Below, piece by piece: positions 40,244 to 49,129 of a DNA stretch of 64,000 nucleotides; position 1 is the first letter of the stretch, and each line of letters begins with the position of its first letter. Source of the stretch: Candidatus Uhrbacteria bacterium RIFOXYB12_FULL_58_10 (GTDB lineage: Bacteria; Patescibacteriota; Patescibacteriia; UBA9934; GWF2-40-263). The position numbers and the translations under genes are program-made. The stretch spans positions 1,049-65,048 of the forward strand of contig CALRBH010000004.1 of the NCBI GenBank assembly GCA_943354165.1, in the 5' to 3' direction. The notes below the pieces were generated by a model, which saw nothing but the letters and a program-made list of their open reading frames with translations, was not told the DNA's origin and ran no database searches.

Positions 40244-40247
40244 CGAC

Positions 40248-40631
40248 ATGACATTCAAGGATTACTCAATCGTCATGGCGATCGCAACGGTGGCCGCGTG
40301 GGCCGGATGGATCGTCGTTCTTGTCGCTATTGATCCCACCGCGTCCGGCTGGCTCGGGTTCCTATTTTTCTATCTCACGCTCGGAATGGCCGTCATGGGA
40401 ACGCTCTCCATTGCAGGAGCCGGGATCCGTGTCTGGACCAAGCGGGAAGAGTTAGTTTCCCGCCACGTGAGCCGCTCGTTCCGGCAAGGACTCCTGCTGG
40501 CCTTCCTGTGCATGGGAGCCCTCGGACTGCTCGCGGCCGGCCTGTTCACCTGGTGGACAGCATTGCTTCTTATCCTGCTTATTTCGCTGTCTGAACTGGT
40601 GTTTTTGAGCGCCCAACGCGGCCGCGGCTAA
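40248..40631 (+). CDS. hypothetical membrane protein (3-4 TM helices)
   Basis: Hydrophobic 127-aa ORF upstream of mreB. Confidence 0.35.
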   Translation: MTFKDYSIVMAIATVAAWAGWIVVLVAIDPTASGWLGFLFFYLTLGMAVMGTLSIAGAGIRVWTKREELVSRHVSRSFRQGLLLAFLCMGALGLLAAGLFTWWTALLLILLISLSELVFLSAQRGRG

Positions 40632-40691
40632 AGGGGATAAATGGCGTGGACATTTAAGGGTAATCCGATAGGATAGGTTTGAATTTCACGT

Positions 40692-41744
40692 ATGTTCAAT
40701 CGCTTGCTTGGACGTTTTTCAAAGGATTTGGGGATTGATCTTGGGACCTCGAGTACCCTCGTATTTGCGTCGGACCGGGGCATCGTCATTAACGAGCCTT
40801 CCATCGTGGCCGTGAACACGCGCACGGACCAGATCCTTGCCGTGGGACGCGACGCCAAGGACATGTTGGGGAAGACGCCACCGCATCTTCTTATCACCAA
40901 ACCGCTTTCAAAAGGCGTGATCTCAGACTTTGAGGTGACGGAAAAAATGCTCAAGTATTTTATCGATAAGGTGCATAGCGAGACCTTCACGATCATTCCT
41001 CGCCCACGCGTGGTCATCGGCGTACCGCTTGAGACTACGGAGGTGGAACGCAAGGCCATCGAGGACGCCGCGCTTTCCGCCGGAGCGCGCGAAGTGTTCA
41101 TGGTAGAAAACCCGCTTCTTGCCGCCATCGGCGCCCGCCTTCCGCTCTCCGAATCCATTGGCATGATGGTGGTGGACATCGGAGGGGGAACTACGGAAAT
41201 CGCCGTCATGTCGCTTTCGGGAATCGTCACCTGGAAGTCGCTCCCCATCGCCGGGGATGAAATGAATAAGAACATTATTCAATACGCCCGCGACGTATTT
41301 AACCTGCTGCTCGGGGAACGGAATGCGGAGCTGGTGAAGATCAAAATCGGAACCGCCATCCCGCAGGACGCCCCGCTTACGCTTGAAATGCGCGGACGCG
41401 ACCTCATCACGGGCCTGCCAAAGGAAATCATCGTGAACGACGTCCAGATTCGCGAGGCGCTCCGGCGTTCCGTCGCCACCATCATTGAAAACATCAAGGC
41501 CACCCTTGAAGTCACGCCGCCAGAGCTCGTGGCCGATATTTATGAACGCGGCATCGTTCTTACCGGAGGCGGTTCGCTCTTGCGCGGTCTCGACGCCCTT
41601 GTGTCGCGAGAAGCGTCGATCCCGGTGCGTGTCGCGGAAGACCCGCTTACCTGCGTAGTTCGCGGGGCGGGGGCTCTGCTTGAGAACGAGGTGCTGCTGA
41701 AGGACATTTCCCTCCCTTCCGCAACGGGAGACGGGAGAAGGTAA
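40692..41744 (+). CDS. mreB: rod shape-determining protein MreB
   Basis: GIDLGTSSTLVF phosphate-1 motif, actin-fold conservation. Confidence 0.9.
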   Translation: MFNRLLGRFSKDLGIDLGTSSTLVFASDRGIVINEPSIVAVNTRTDQILAVGRDAKDMLGKTPPHLLITKPLSKGVISDFEVTEKMLKYFIDKVHSETFTIIPRPRVVIGVPLETTEVERKAIEDAALSAGAREVFMVENPLLAAIGARLPLSESIGMMVVDIGGGTTEIAVMSLSGIVTWKSLPIAGDEMNKNIIQYARDVFNLLLGERNAELVKIKIGTAIPQDAPLTLEMRGRDLITGLPKEIIVNDVQIREALRRSVATIIENIKATLEVTPPELVADIYERGIVLTGGGSLLRGLDALVSREASIPVRVAEDPLTCVVRGAGALLENEVLLKDISLPSATGDGRR

Positions 41745-41750
41745 ACGCCT

Positions 41751-42548
41751 ATGCGACGCTTTACCGTGAGAACCGGGACGAGGAATCGGGTCCTCATTGG
41801 CATCGGGATCTGCATGATCGCAGCCATCCTGTTTTTTCGTACGAGCCTGCTTGTCATCATCAGCCCGTTTGAACGTGTGCTGACGGCGACCTCGTCATCC
41901 ATCGGTTCCATATGGACCGGACTGTTCCGCGGGGCAGAGGAGTCCGCCCGCGCGGATGCCTGTGAGGCACAGCGCAATACGTTTGCCGTTTCTGCCGCGC
42001 ACATGGATGAGCTGGAACGGGAAAATACCCAGCTGAGGTCGAGACTCGCCTTCACCCAGCGCACCCGGTTTCAGACCATTTCAGCAAGCATCATCATGCG
42101 CAGCATCACCCCGCAATCACGCACGTTCGTGATTGATCGCGGCAGCACGGACGGCATCGTCGTTGGAGCCGCCGTCATTGCGGGAGACGGCATTCTGGTC
42201 GGGAAGATCTCGTCCGTAACGGCGGCGACGGCGACGGTGGTCGCAAGCACGGATCCTTCCTCAAAAATCGCCTCGACGCTCCTGAACCACTCACGAACCA
42301 TCGGACTCTCAGAAGGAGGGACTGCCTCGTTAATGACCCTTCGTTATATCCCTCACGATGAGCCGATCGCCATCAACGATCTCGTTATGAGCTCTGGCCT
42401 TGAAACCGGCATTCCAGCCGGGCTTATTGTCGGCATGGTAAATGCGGTGCACAAAGAACCGACGGCGCCGTTCCAGGAAGCCATCATAGAACCGCCCGAA
42501 GACATTCGCCGCCTCACCTCGGTGGGCGTGCTCGTGAACTCCCTATGA
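41751..42548 (+). CDS. mreC: rod shape-determining protein MreC
   Basis: N-terminal TM, coiled coil, beta-rich C-domain; operon position. Confidence 0.75.
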   Translation: MRRFTVRTGTRNRVLIGIGICMIAAILFFRTSLLVIISPFERVLTATSSSIGSIWTGLFRGAEESARADACEAQRNTFAVSAAHMDELERENTQLRSRLAFTQRTRFQTISASIIMRSITPQSRTFVIDRGSTDGIVVGAAVIAGDGILVGKISSVTAATATVVASTDPSSKIASTLLNHSRTIGLSEGGTASLMTLRYIPHDEPIAINDLVMSSGLETGIPAGLIVGMVNAVHKEPTAPFQEAIIEPPEDIRRLTSVGVLVNSL

Positions 42549-43069
42549 TCACGCGCATCATCCTCAGCATCATCTTTGGCGGCCTGGCCTTCATGATCCA
42601 GGTGTCGTTTATCGCCGCGCTGCCATTCCCGCTATCGGCGGGCCTACTGGTGGTTTACGCTGGTGCCTACTTTACTCAGCACCTCGGCGTACAGGACGGA
42701 ATCGTCTGGATCGTCGCGGCAGGGATCGTTTCCGACGCGTTTGGGCTCGCGCCACCTGGGTATGGGACGGTCGCTGCCCTCTGCACGGGAGCTTGGCTTT
42801 TCTTCGCCTCCACACGCATATTTTCCCATCGCTCGCTCTACGGCATCGTCTCCTGCGTGATAACCACCACACTTGTCTTCCAGCTTGCCGCCGCTCTCGT
42901 ATTGGTCGTGTTCCTACTACTCGGACGGGAAATCGACTGGCAGGGACAGGCGAATTTGGCGCTGTGGGGCATGCTGTTTTCACTCCCAATGGCGATCATC
43001 CTTTTCAAAGTCTGCTCCCCGTTCCGCCCGATCCTTGAACGTGTCGGATTCCGTTCTGAACGTCTATGA
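42545..43069 (+). CDS. mreD: rod shape-determining protein MreD
   Basis: Polytopic membrane protein, operon position. Confidence 0.6.
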   Translation: MITRIILSIIFGGLAFMIQVSFIAALPFPLSAGLLVVYAGAYFTQHLGVQDGIVWIVAAGIVSDAFGLAPPGYGTVAALCTGAWLFFASTRIFSHRSLYGIVSCVITTTLVFQLAAALVLVVFLLLGREIDWQGQANLALWGMLFSLPMAIILFKVCSPFRPILERVGFRSERL

Positions 43070-45012
43070 GCTGGTTTAAACGCTCTTCATCCCTAAATCC
43101 ACGCGATCCGTTCCCCCTGCACATGGATGCGGGTGTATTTCACTTGGCCGGAAAACACAGACCGGCGGTAGACATGTCGCCGGAAGCAGCCATGGCAGGC
43201 CAAGGGACCGGAAGGAGGATCGGTATATCATTGCCTTCCTATCAATTTCGACGTGTAGGTTTCTTTGCTTTGCTTGTCATGGGAGTTCTCTTGGCACGGG
43301 CCGGACAGCTACAAATCGTTCGGGCGTCAGATTACCACGAACTTGCCGAGGGGAATCGTGTTCGTTCCTACACGCTGCCGTCCCCGCGTGGCATTGTAAA
43401 TGACCGCACGGGTCAGGCGCTCATCCAAAATATTCCAACATTCACTCTAGAGATGATCCCAGCAGATATCCCTAAAGATCCGGACGAGCGTCGGAGACTT
43501 TTCACATCAGTTGCAGATCAAACTGGTATTCTTGTTTCCGAATTATTGGAAACCTATAACCGCCATCCGAATCGAGGAACGCAACCTGTTCCAATAGACC
43601 GCGGGATTCCATTCGAACAAGCCATGCGACTTTCCATCGAATCTTCCGGTTGGAAAGGGTTTCGCATTTCAACAGCGACCACGCGCCAATACGCCACCTC
43701 GGCGACACCGTCTCTGTCTCATATCCTTGGGTATACCGGCATCGTGAGTGAACGAGATCTTCTTCAGATGCAAGGGAAAGGGTATCGACAAGTGGATGAG
43801 ATCGGAAAGTCCGGTATTGAACGCGGCCTTGAGTCATTATTGCGAGGAGAGCCCGGGGCGCTCACGGTAGAAGTCGATGCCCATGGTCGTGAATTATCAG
43901 TTGTCTCTAGAACAGAACCGACCCCTGGAGCGAACGTTACTCTTTCTCTCGATGCAGAATTTCAGCGCTTCGCCGAAGAACGTTTACGAACGGTTCTCCA
44001 AAAAATCGGAAAAACGCGCGGTTCCATTGTGGCGATTGATCCTGAATCAGGAGGGATTCGTGCCCTTATTTCTTGGCCATCATTTGACAGCAACTCATTC
44101 GCACGAAGAATCGATGCAACGCAATATGCTCGTCTCATTGAAGATAAGGATGAGCCGTTATTTCCACGCGCGACCTCTGGAGAATTCCCATCCGGATCTA
44201 CGTTTAAACCGTTCGTCGCCTATGCAGCTCTCAAGGAGGGGGTCGTCACGGAACATACAAGTTTCGTTTCGACGGGAGGAATTTCTATTGGTCCGTGGTA
44301 TTTTCCAGACTGGAAACCTGGAGGACATGGGATCACAGATGTTCGCAAGGCACTGGCGGAATCCGTAAACACGTATTTCTACATCGTCGGAGGCGGATAT
44401 GACCGTACCACGGGGCTTGGAGTAGAACGCCTCACCTCCTATGCGCGGACATTTGGATTCGGAGAAAAGACGGGGATCGAACTTCCCGGCGAGGCCAGCG
44501 GATTTTTACCTTCAAAAGACTGGAAAGAGGAGACCAAAGGAGAACCTTGGTACGTGGGAGATACATACCACCTTGCCATTGGACAGGGGGATCTTCTCGT
44601 GACTCCGCTTCAGATGGCGACCGCCACCGCAGGGATCGCAAACGGAGGCACATCGGTCGCCGCAACGCTCATCCAAGGGATCGATGGTGGCACGACGCCA
44701 CGCCGCACAGAAGAATCTCATACCTATGACCCAGAAGTCGTACGCATCGTCCGCGAGGGAATGCGCCAGTCCGTGACGAAGGGAAGTTCGAGGTATCTCT
44801 CGATCCTTTCAGAGAACGTTGCTGGAAAAACAGGAACCGCCCAGGTGGGTGGAGATGAGGGGACGCATGCATGGTTCATCGGCTTCGGACCTTACGAGCA
44901 TCCGACGCTCGCGGTAGTCATCCTGCTGGAACACGGCGGCGAAGGCTCCTCCTACGCCGTTCCTATCGCAAAGGACCTGTTCGAATGGTGGTTCGCACAC
45001 GAACAGGATTAA
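43066..45012 (+). CDS. mrdA: penicillin-binding protein 2 (class B transpeptidase)
   Basis: STFK, ESVN (SxN), KTGT motifs; N-terminal TM and dimerisation domain. Confidence 0.85.
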   Translation: MSWFKRSSSLNPRDPFPLHMDAGVFHLAGKHRPAVDMSPEAAMAGQGTGRRIGISLPSYQFRRVGFFALLVMGVLLARAGQLQIVRASDYHELAEGNRVRSYTLPSPRGIVNDRTGQALIQNIPTFTLEMIPADIPKDPDERRRLFTSVADQTGILVSELLETYNRHPNRGTQPVPIDRGIPFEQAMRLSIESSGWKGFRISTATTRQYATSATPSLSHILGYTGIVSERDLLQMQGKGYRQVDEIGKSGIERGLESLLRGEPGALTVEVDAHGRELSVVSRTEPTPGANVTLSLDAEFQRFAEERLRTVLQKIGKTRGSIVAIDPESGGIRALISWPSFDSNSFARRIDATQYARLIEDKDEPLFPRATSGEFPSGSTFKPFVAYAALKEGVVTEHTSFVSTGGISIGPWYFPDWKPGGHGITDVRKALAESVNTYFYIVGGGYDRTTGLGVERLTSYARTFGFGEKTGIELPGEASGFLPSKDWKEETKGEPWYVGDTYHLAIGQGDLLVTPLQMATATAGIANGGTSVAATLIQGIDGGTTPRRTEESHTYDPEVVRIVREGMRQSVTKGSSRYLSILSENVAGKTGTAQVGGDEGTHAWFIGFGPYEHPTLAVVILLEHGGEGSSYAVPIAKDLFEWWFAHEQD

Positions 45013-45818
45013 CGTTTCATTTTTGCGTAGAGGGAGCAGCCGAGGAAAAGTGCCGTGCCAGTGAGCACCACAGTGGCGCCGGCAGGCCAATCGAAGATGA
45101 CAGCAAAGACAAGCCCGCCAACGACAGACATCTCGGCGACGATCAGCGCTCCCCAAAGGTAAGAACTGAAGGTCTTGGAAACGGTGCGGGCGGCTGACGC
45201 GGGGATAATCAGAAGGGCAGAAACAAGGACAATGCCGAGCAGCTTCACGGCAACGACGGTAACCAACGCAAGGCAAAGGTAGAATACGAGAGACAATCGA
45301 TCCGTATTCACTCCGCGAACAAAAGCGGTCTCTTCATTTAGGCTCGCATCCGTCATCTCCCGACGGTTGCGCACGAGCCAGATGATCGGAACGATGGTGG
45401 CGAGGGCAACATAAGGAAGATCCTGCGAACGTACGGAAAGAATATTGCCGAACAGATAGGACACGAGATCAGGCTGGAACCCGCGCGTAAAACTCATAAG
45501 GACGACACCGAGGGCCATGCTCGCGCTAAACAGGATGCCGAGCGTCGCATCGGACGGAAGGCGCGTACTGCGTTCGCTTTTGTAAAGCACATAGGCAATG
45601 CCCATCGACCAGACCATGGCCACCGGAAGCGGCGCGAATCCAAGCAGGAGGGCGATCGCGATTCCAGCCAACGAAGCGTGCGCGATTCCTTCGCCAAAGA
45701 ACGAAAGGCGGCGTGCAAGCGCAAACACACCAAACAGCGCGAGTCCGGCGCCCACAAGCACGCCGGCCAGGAGGGCCCGCTGCATGAACGGATAGGTGAA
45801 GACGGAAAGGGAATCCAT
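45009..45818 (-). CDS. znuB: metal ABC transporter permease (ABC-3/ZnuB family)
   Basis: 8-TM ABC-3 permease pattern, operon with znuC/znuA. Confidence 0.75.
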   Translation of the reverse strand: MDSLSVFTYPFMQRALLAGVLVGAGLALFGVFALARRLSFFGEGIAHASLAGIAIALLLGFAPLPVAMVWSMGIAYVLYKSERSTRLPSDATLGILFSASMALGVVLMSFTRGFQPDLVSYLFGNILSVRSQDLPYVALATIVPIIWLVRNRREMTDASLNEETAFVRGVNTDRLSLVFYLCLALVTVVAVKLLGIVLVSALLIIPASAARTVSKTFSSYLWGALIVAEMSVVGGLVFAVIFDWPAGATVVLTGTALFLGCSLYAKMKR

Positions 45819-45819
45819 A

Positions 45820-46539
45820 CTAGTGCAGGTGAGCGTCGAATCCGTACAACTCTCCGATCTTTTTCTTGGTGAGCGTGCGTCCGGGCGGCCCTTCGCAAAG
45901 CAGTTTCCGGTTCACGCAGATCACATGCGTTACCACCTTAGAAATGACGGAAAGGTCGTGAGAGACGAGGACGATGGTGGTTCCATGATCCTTGTTCAGA
46001 TGTTCGATCACGTCATAGAACACCGCTTCGCCCGCCACATCGATGCCGGCGGCCGGCTCATCCATGAACACGATCGGCGGATGTCGAATGATCGCCTGAG
46101 CGATGAGCACGCGCTGCAGCTGTCCTCCAGAAAGCGTCCCGAGCGTCTGGGAGAGAACCGTTGGGAGCAGACCGACTTCCTTCACCACCTCATCGATATG
46201 ATCGCTCGTGCAGTTCTTGTCGCCAGCAAGGGCAATGAACTCACGCACGGTGATGGGAAAGTTCCGGTCGAAAGCAAACCGTTGAGGGACGTAGCCGACG
46301 AAGCCTCGGATGTCATGCGGATGCCTGCCGGAGACAAGCACCTCGCCGCTCATGACAGGAATCAGCCCAAGCATGGCGCGCATGAGGGTCGTTTTCCCGC
46401 TTCCGTTCGGCCCGATGATCGCGGTAATGGAACCGAGGGGAACTTCCGCTGTCACCCCCTCAAGCACAGGAACCCCGTTGTAGCCAACGGTCAACGCCTT
46501 CATGGAAACCGCCGGATTATTCGTGTGCGCTGATGACAT
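45820..46539 (-). CDS. znuC: metal ABC transporter ATPase (ZnuC-like)
   Basis: GPNGSGKTTL Walker A, LSGGQLQRV signature; alternative start 46503. Confidence 0.8.
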   Translation of the reverse strand: MSSAHTNNPAVSMKALTVGYNGVPVLEGVTAEVPLGSITAIIGPNGSGKTTLMRAMLGLIPVMSGEVLVSGRHPHDIRGFVGYVPQRFAFDRNFPITVREFIALAGDKNCTSDHIDEVVKEVGLLPTVLSQTLGTLSGGQLQRVLIAQAIIRHPPIVFMDEPAAGIDVAGEAVFYDVIEHLNKDHGTTIVLVSHDLSVISKVVTHVICVNRKLLCEGPPGRTLTKKKIGELYGFDAHLH

Positions 46540-47398
46540 GTGCGTTGGTGAGAAGAAGGTCTGAATAGCTTTCAACCGCTGGTGAGCCCCCGATATCATC
46601 AAGGGTAGCGATTGTGATGCCGTTATCCTTGGCGAATGATTCGATGCCTTCCGTAGACGACTGGACTTCGGCAAACAGCGTGTGAACGTTCGACGTCTTC
46701 AGCGTCTTCGTGAGCTCGGCAAGGAAGGCCGGCGTCGGTTCCCGGCCGGACGATGGCTCGAAACTTCCGGCGACCTTGAGCCCGTACGCGTTAGCAAAAT
46801 AATACCACGCGTCATGAAACGTGACGATGGAACGGCTCTTGCGCGGCGCGAGAATGGAACGCACGTCCGCATCAAGCTTTGTGAGTTCGATGGTCAGCAG
46901 ACGTTCGCGTTCGGCAAAAGCGGCCTTATGTGCAGGGAAGTGCGCGGAAAGATCGTCCATGATCGTTCCCGCCATCACCAAGGCGTTCTTTGCATCAAGC
47001 CAGTAATGGGGATCGATGGGGCCTTCATCCTCATCGTGCGAAGCGAGCAAGGTGATGTCCTTGTCCAGAATCACCTGAGGTGCGCCCGAAGACTCGATGA
47101 TCGGCGCGGCCCAATCGTCGAATCCGTGTCCGATGGCGTAGACGACCGTCGCTCGTGAGGACTTCGTGATGTCCGATGGTGTCGGTTCAAACGTATGTGG
47201 ACTTGCTCCCGGCGGAAGAATGAGCACGACCTCAAGATCGTCTCCAGCAATGCGTCGGGTAAGGTCGAAGGCAGGGAAGATCGTCGCCGCCACAGTCGGT
47301 CGTGTATTTGTCGTTGGAGTCACGTCTCGTGAACGCCAGACCAACAACCCCCCGAACCCGACAGCGATGATCGCAACGGCAGCGATTCGATAATTCAT
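46517..47398 (-). CDS. znuA: periplasmic metal-binding protein, ZnuA/TroA family
   Basis: Signal/TM N-terminus, conserved His/Asp metal ligands, central His/Asp/Glu-rich segment HDEDEGPIDPH. Confidence 0.7.
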   Translation of the reverse strand: MNYRIAAVAIIAVGFGGLLVWRSRDVTPTTNTRPTVAATIFPAFDLTRRIAGDDLEVVLILPPGASPHTFEPTPSDITKSSRATVVYAIGHGFDDWAAPIIESSGAPQVILDKDITLLASHDEDEGPIDPHYWLDAKNALVMAGTIMDDLSAHFPAHKAAFAERERLLTIELTKLDADVRSILAPRKSRSIVTFHDAWYYFANAYGLKVAGSFEPSSGREPTPAFLAELTKTLKTSNVHTLFAEVQSSTEGIESFAKDNGITIATLDDIGGSPAVESYSDLLLTNAHVISAHE

Positions 47399-47407
47399 AT
47401 TGCTATC

Positions 47408-47428
47408 AGAATACAAGAGCTGTATTCT
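47408..47428. promoter_or_regulatory. 8-5-8 perfect inverted repeat AGAATACA-AGAGC-TGTATTCT overlapping the predicted znuA -10
   Basis: Seen in sequence; candidate operator. Confidence 0.4.
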
Positions 47429-47430
47429 AA

Positions 47431-47447
47431 ATGCAAATAATTTGCAT
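47431..47447. promoter_or_regulatory. 17-bp perfect AT-rich palindrome ATGCAAAT-A-ATTTGCAT overlapping the predicted znuA -35; candidate Zur/Fur-family box
   Basis: 8-1-8 architecture typical of Fur-family operators; on the minus strand TTGCAT-17-TATTCT ends ~3 nt before the znuA ATG. Confidence 0.4.
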
Positions 47448-47493
47448 CTGTAGGCCTGTCCTCTGTGGATAAACACCGCTATACTAGGAACCT

Positions 47494-48597
47494 ATGCGTA
47501 AACAGCTCCTCGTCATCGCCGCCTGTGTTCTTGCCCTATTGCCTGGGAGTTTGGCGTTGGCGCAATCGGACATGCAGGCCCTGCCGGAAAGCCGGGAGGT
47601 TCGCGCAACGGTGACACGGATCATCAATGATCGCATGCTCGAAGGGAAGCGTCAGGTGAAATTTGAAGCGCAGGACAAAAAAGACAGCACCTCCTACACC
47701 GTGGATACCGCCGGGTCCTACACGGAAGGATTGCGGTACGACATCGATGAAGGAACCCGCGTGATTCTCCAGCTGCTTCCGGGAGATGACGGATCATATA
47801 CGGCTTACCTATCCGATGTAGTTCGCACGCCACAACTCTTACTTATCTTCCTGTTCTTCTGCCTGGTCACGCTCCTAGTTGGTGTCTGGCGCGGTGCGGC
47901 GTCCCTGATCGGACTCGTCATTACCGCCGCGATTCTCTTTGGCGGAATCCTGCCGATGATTCTTGCGGGGCATGACCCAATTCTCGTCACCGTCATCGGG
48001 TCCGTTATCATCCTTGCGGTGAACATGCACCTCTCGCACGGGTTCAACCGCCGGACGGCCTTCGGATTCCTTTCAGCGACGATCGCGCTCGCAAGTACGG
48101 TCGTCTTTGCAAAACTGTTTACCTTGTTTGCGAAACTTTCCGGACTTGCGGGAGAAGAAGCGACGTTTCTCTACTGGCAAGGTGGCGTCACGGATCCCGT
48201 CGGGCTGCTGGTAGCAGGATTCATTCTCGGAGCAACCGGCGTGCTCGATGACATCGCCGTAACCCAGGCGGAGACCGTTGCTGAACTGCGCGAAGCGGAT
48301 CCTACGCTTTCTACGCGCGAACTTTACCGGCGGGCCATGCGCGTGGGCCGACATCACATCGCCTCCACGGTAAATACGCTGGTCCTCGCCTACGCCGGCG
48401 CCGCCATGCCATTGTTCCTCCTATTCATGAGCTCCAAGGTTTCCATCGCAGATTTCAGCAACACGGAACTCGTTGCGGAGGAGATCGTGCGCACCCTGTC
48501 AGGAACCGTCGCGCTGGTTCTTGCTGTTCCGCTCGCCACGTATTTTGCCGCCTGGAACGAAGGTCATTTACCACAGCTTGACACCCATAAGCACTAA
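47494..48597 (+). CDS. YibE/F-like membrane protein
   Basis: Signal peptide, ~110 aa periplasmic domain, then 6 TM helices; -10-like TATACT 47480-47485 abuts the ATG. Confidence 0.4.
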   Translation: MRKQLLVIAACVLALLPGSLALAQSDMQALPESREVRATVTRIINDRMLEGKRQVKFEAQDKKDSTSYTVDTAGSYTEGLRYDIDEGTRVILQLLPGDDGSYTAYLSDVVRTPQLLLIFLFFCLVTLLVGVWRGAASLIGLVITAAILFGGILPMILAGHDPILVTVIGSVIILAVNMHLSHGFNRRTAFGFLSATIALASTVVFAKLFTLFAKLSGLAGEEATFLYWQGGVTDPVGLLVAGFILGATGVLDDIAVTQAETVAELREADPTLSTRELYRRAMRVGRHHIASTVNTLVLAYAGAAMPLFLLFMSSKVSIADFSNTELVAEEIVRTLSGTVALVLAVPLATYFAAWNEGHLPQLDTHKH

Positions 48598-48660
48598 GGT
48601 ACGATAGCCACAAGACATCAAACGCTCGTGGCTTACGCCGCGAGTGTATTTTTCACGGCT

Positions 48661-49116
48661 ATGCCTACATTCGTTTCAAAAGAAGGACTCAAAAAACTTG
48701 AAGAAGAATTTGCCCATCGCAAGCAAGTGGAACGGCGTTCAATTGCCGACCGAATCGAAACGGCGAAGGAACTCGGTGACCTCTCCGAGAATTTCGAGTA
48801 TCATGATGCGAAGGAAGCTCAGTCCATGAATGAATCGCGACTGATTGATCTTGAGAGCATGATCAAGGACGCGGTCATTGTAGAAACCCAGACCGGTGGA
48901 AGTGAAATCACCCTTGGTTCCACATTCACCGTAACGTTTTCCGGAAAAAACAAGACGTTTGAAATGGTTGGATCGAATGAAGCCGATCCGCTTGCAGGGA
49001 AGATCTCAAATGAATCCCCCCTCGGTCAGGCTTTTCTCGGACGTGCTGCCGGAGAATCCGTGGAAGTCCAGGTACCATCAGGAACCGTGAGCTACAAAAT
49101 TACAGATATCAAATAA
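48661..49116 (+). CDS. GreA/GreB family transcription elongation factor (second paralog)
   Basis: KEGLKKLEEEF...GDLSENFEY N-domain, C-terminal FKBP-like domain. Confidence 0.7.
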   Translation: MPTFVSKEGLKKLEEEFAHRKQVERRSIADRIETAKELGDLSENFEYHDAKEAQSMNESRLIDLESMIKDAVIVETQTGGSEITLGSTFTVTFSGKNKTFEMVGSNEADPLAGKISNESPLGQAFLGRAAGESVEVQVPSGTVSYKITDIK

Positions 49117-49129
49117 GGACGTTGGACCT

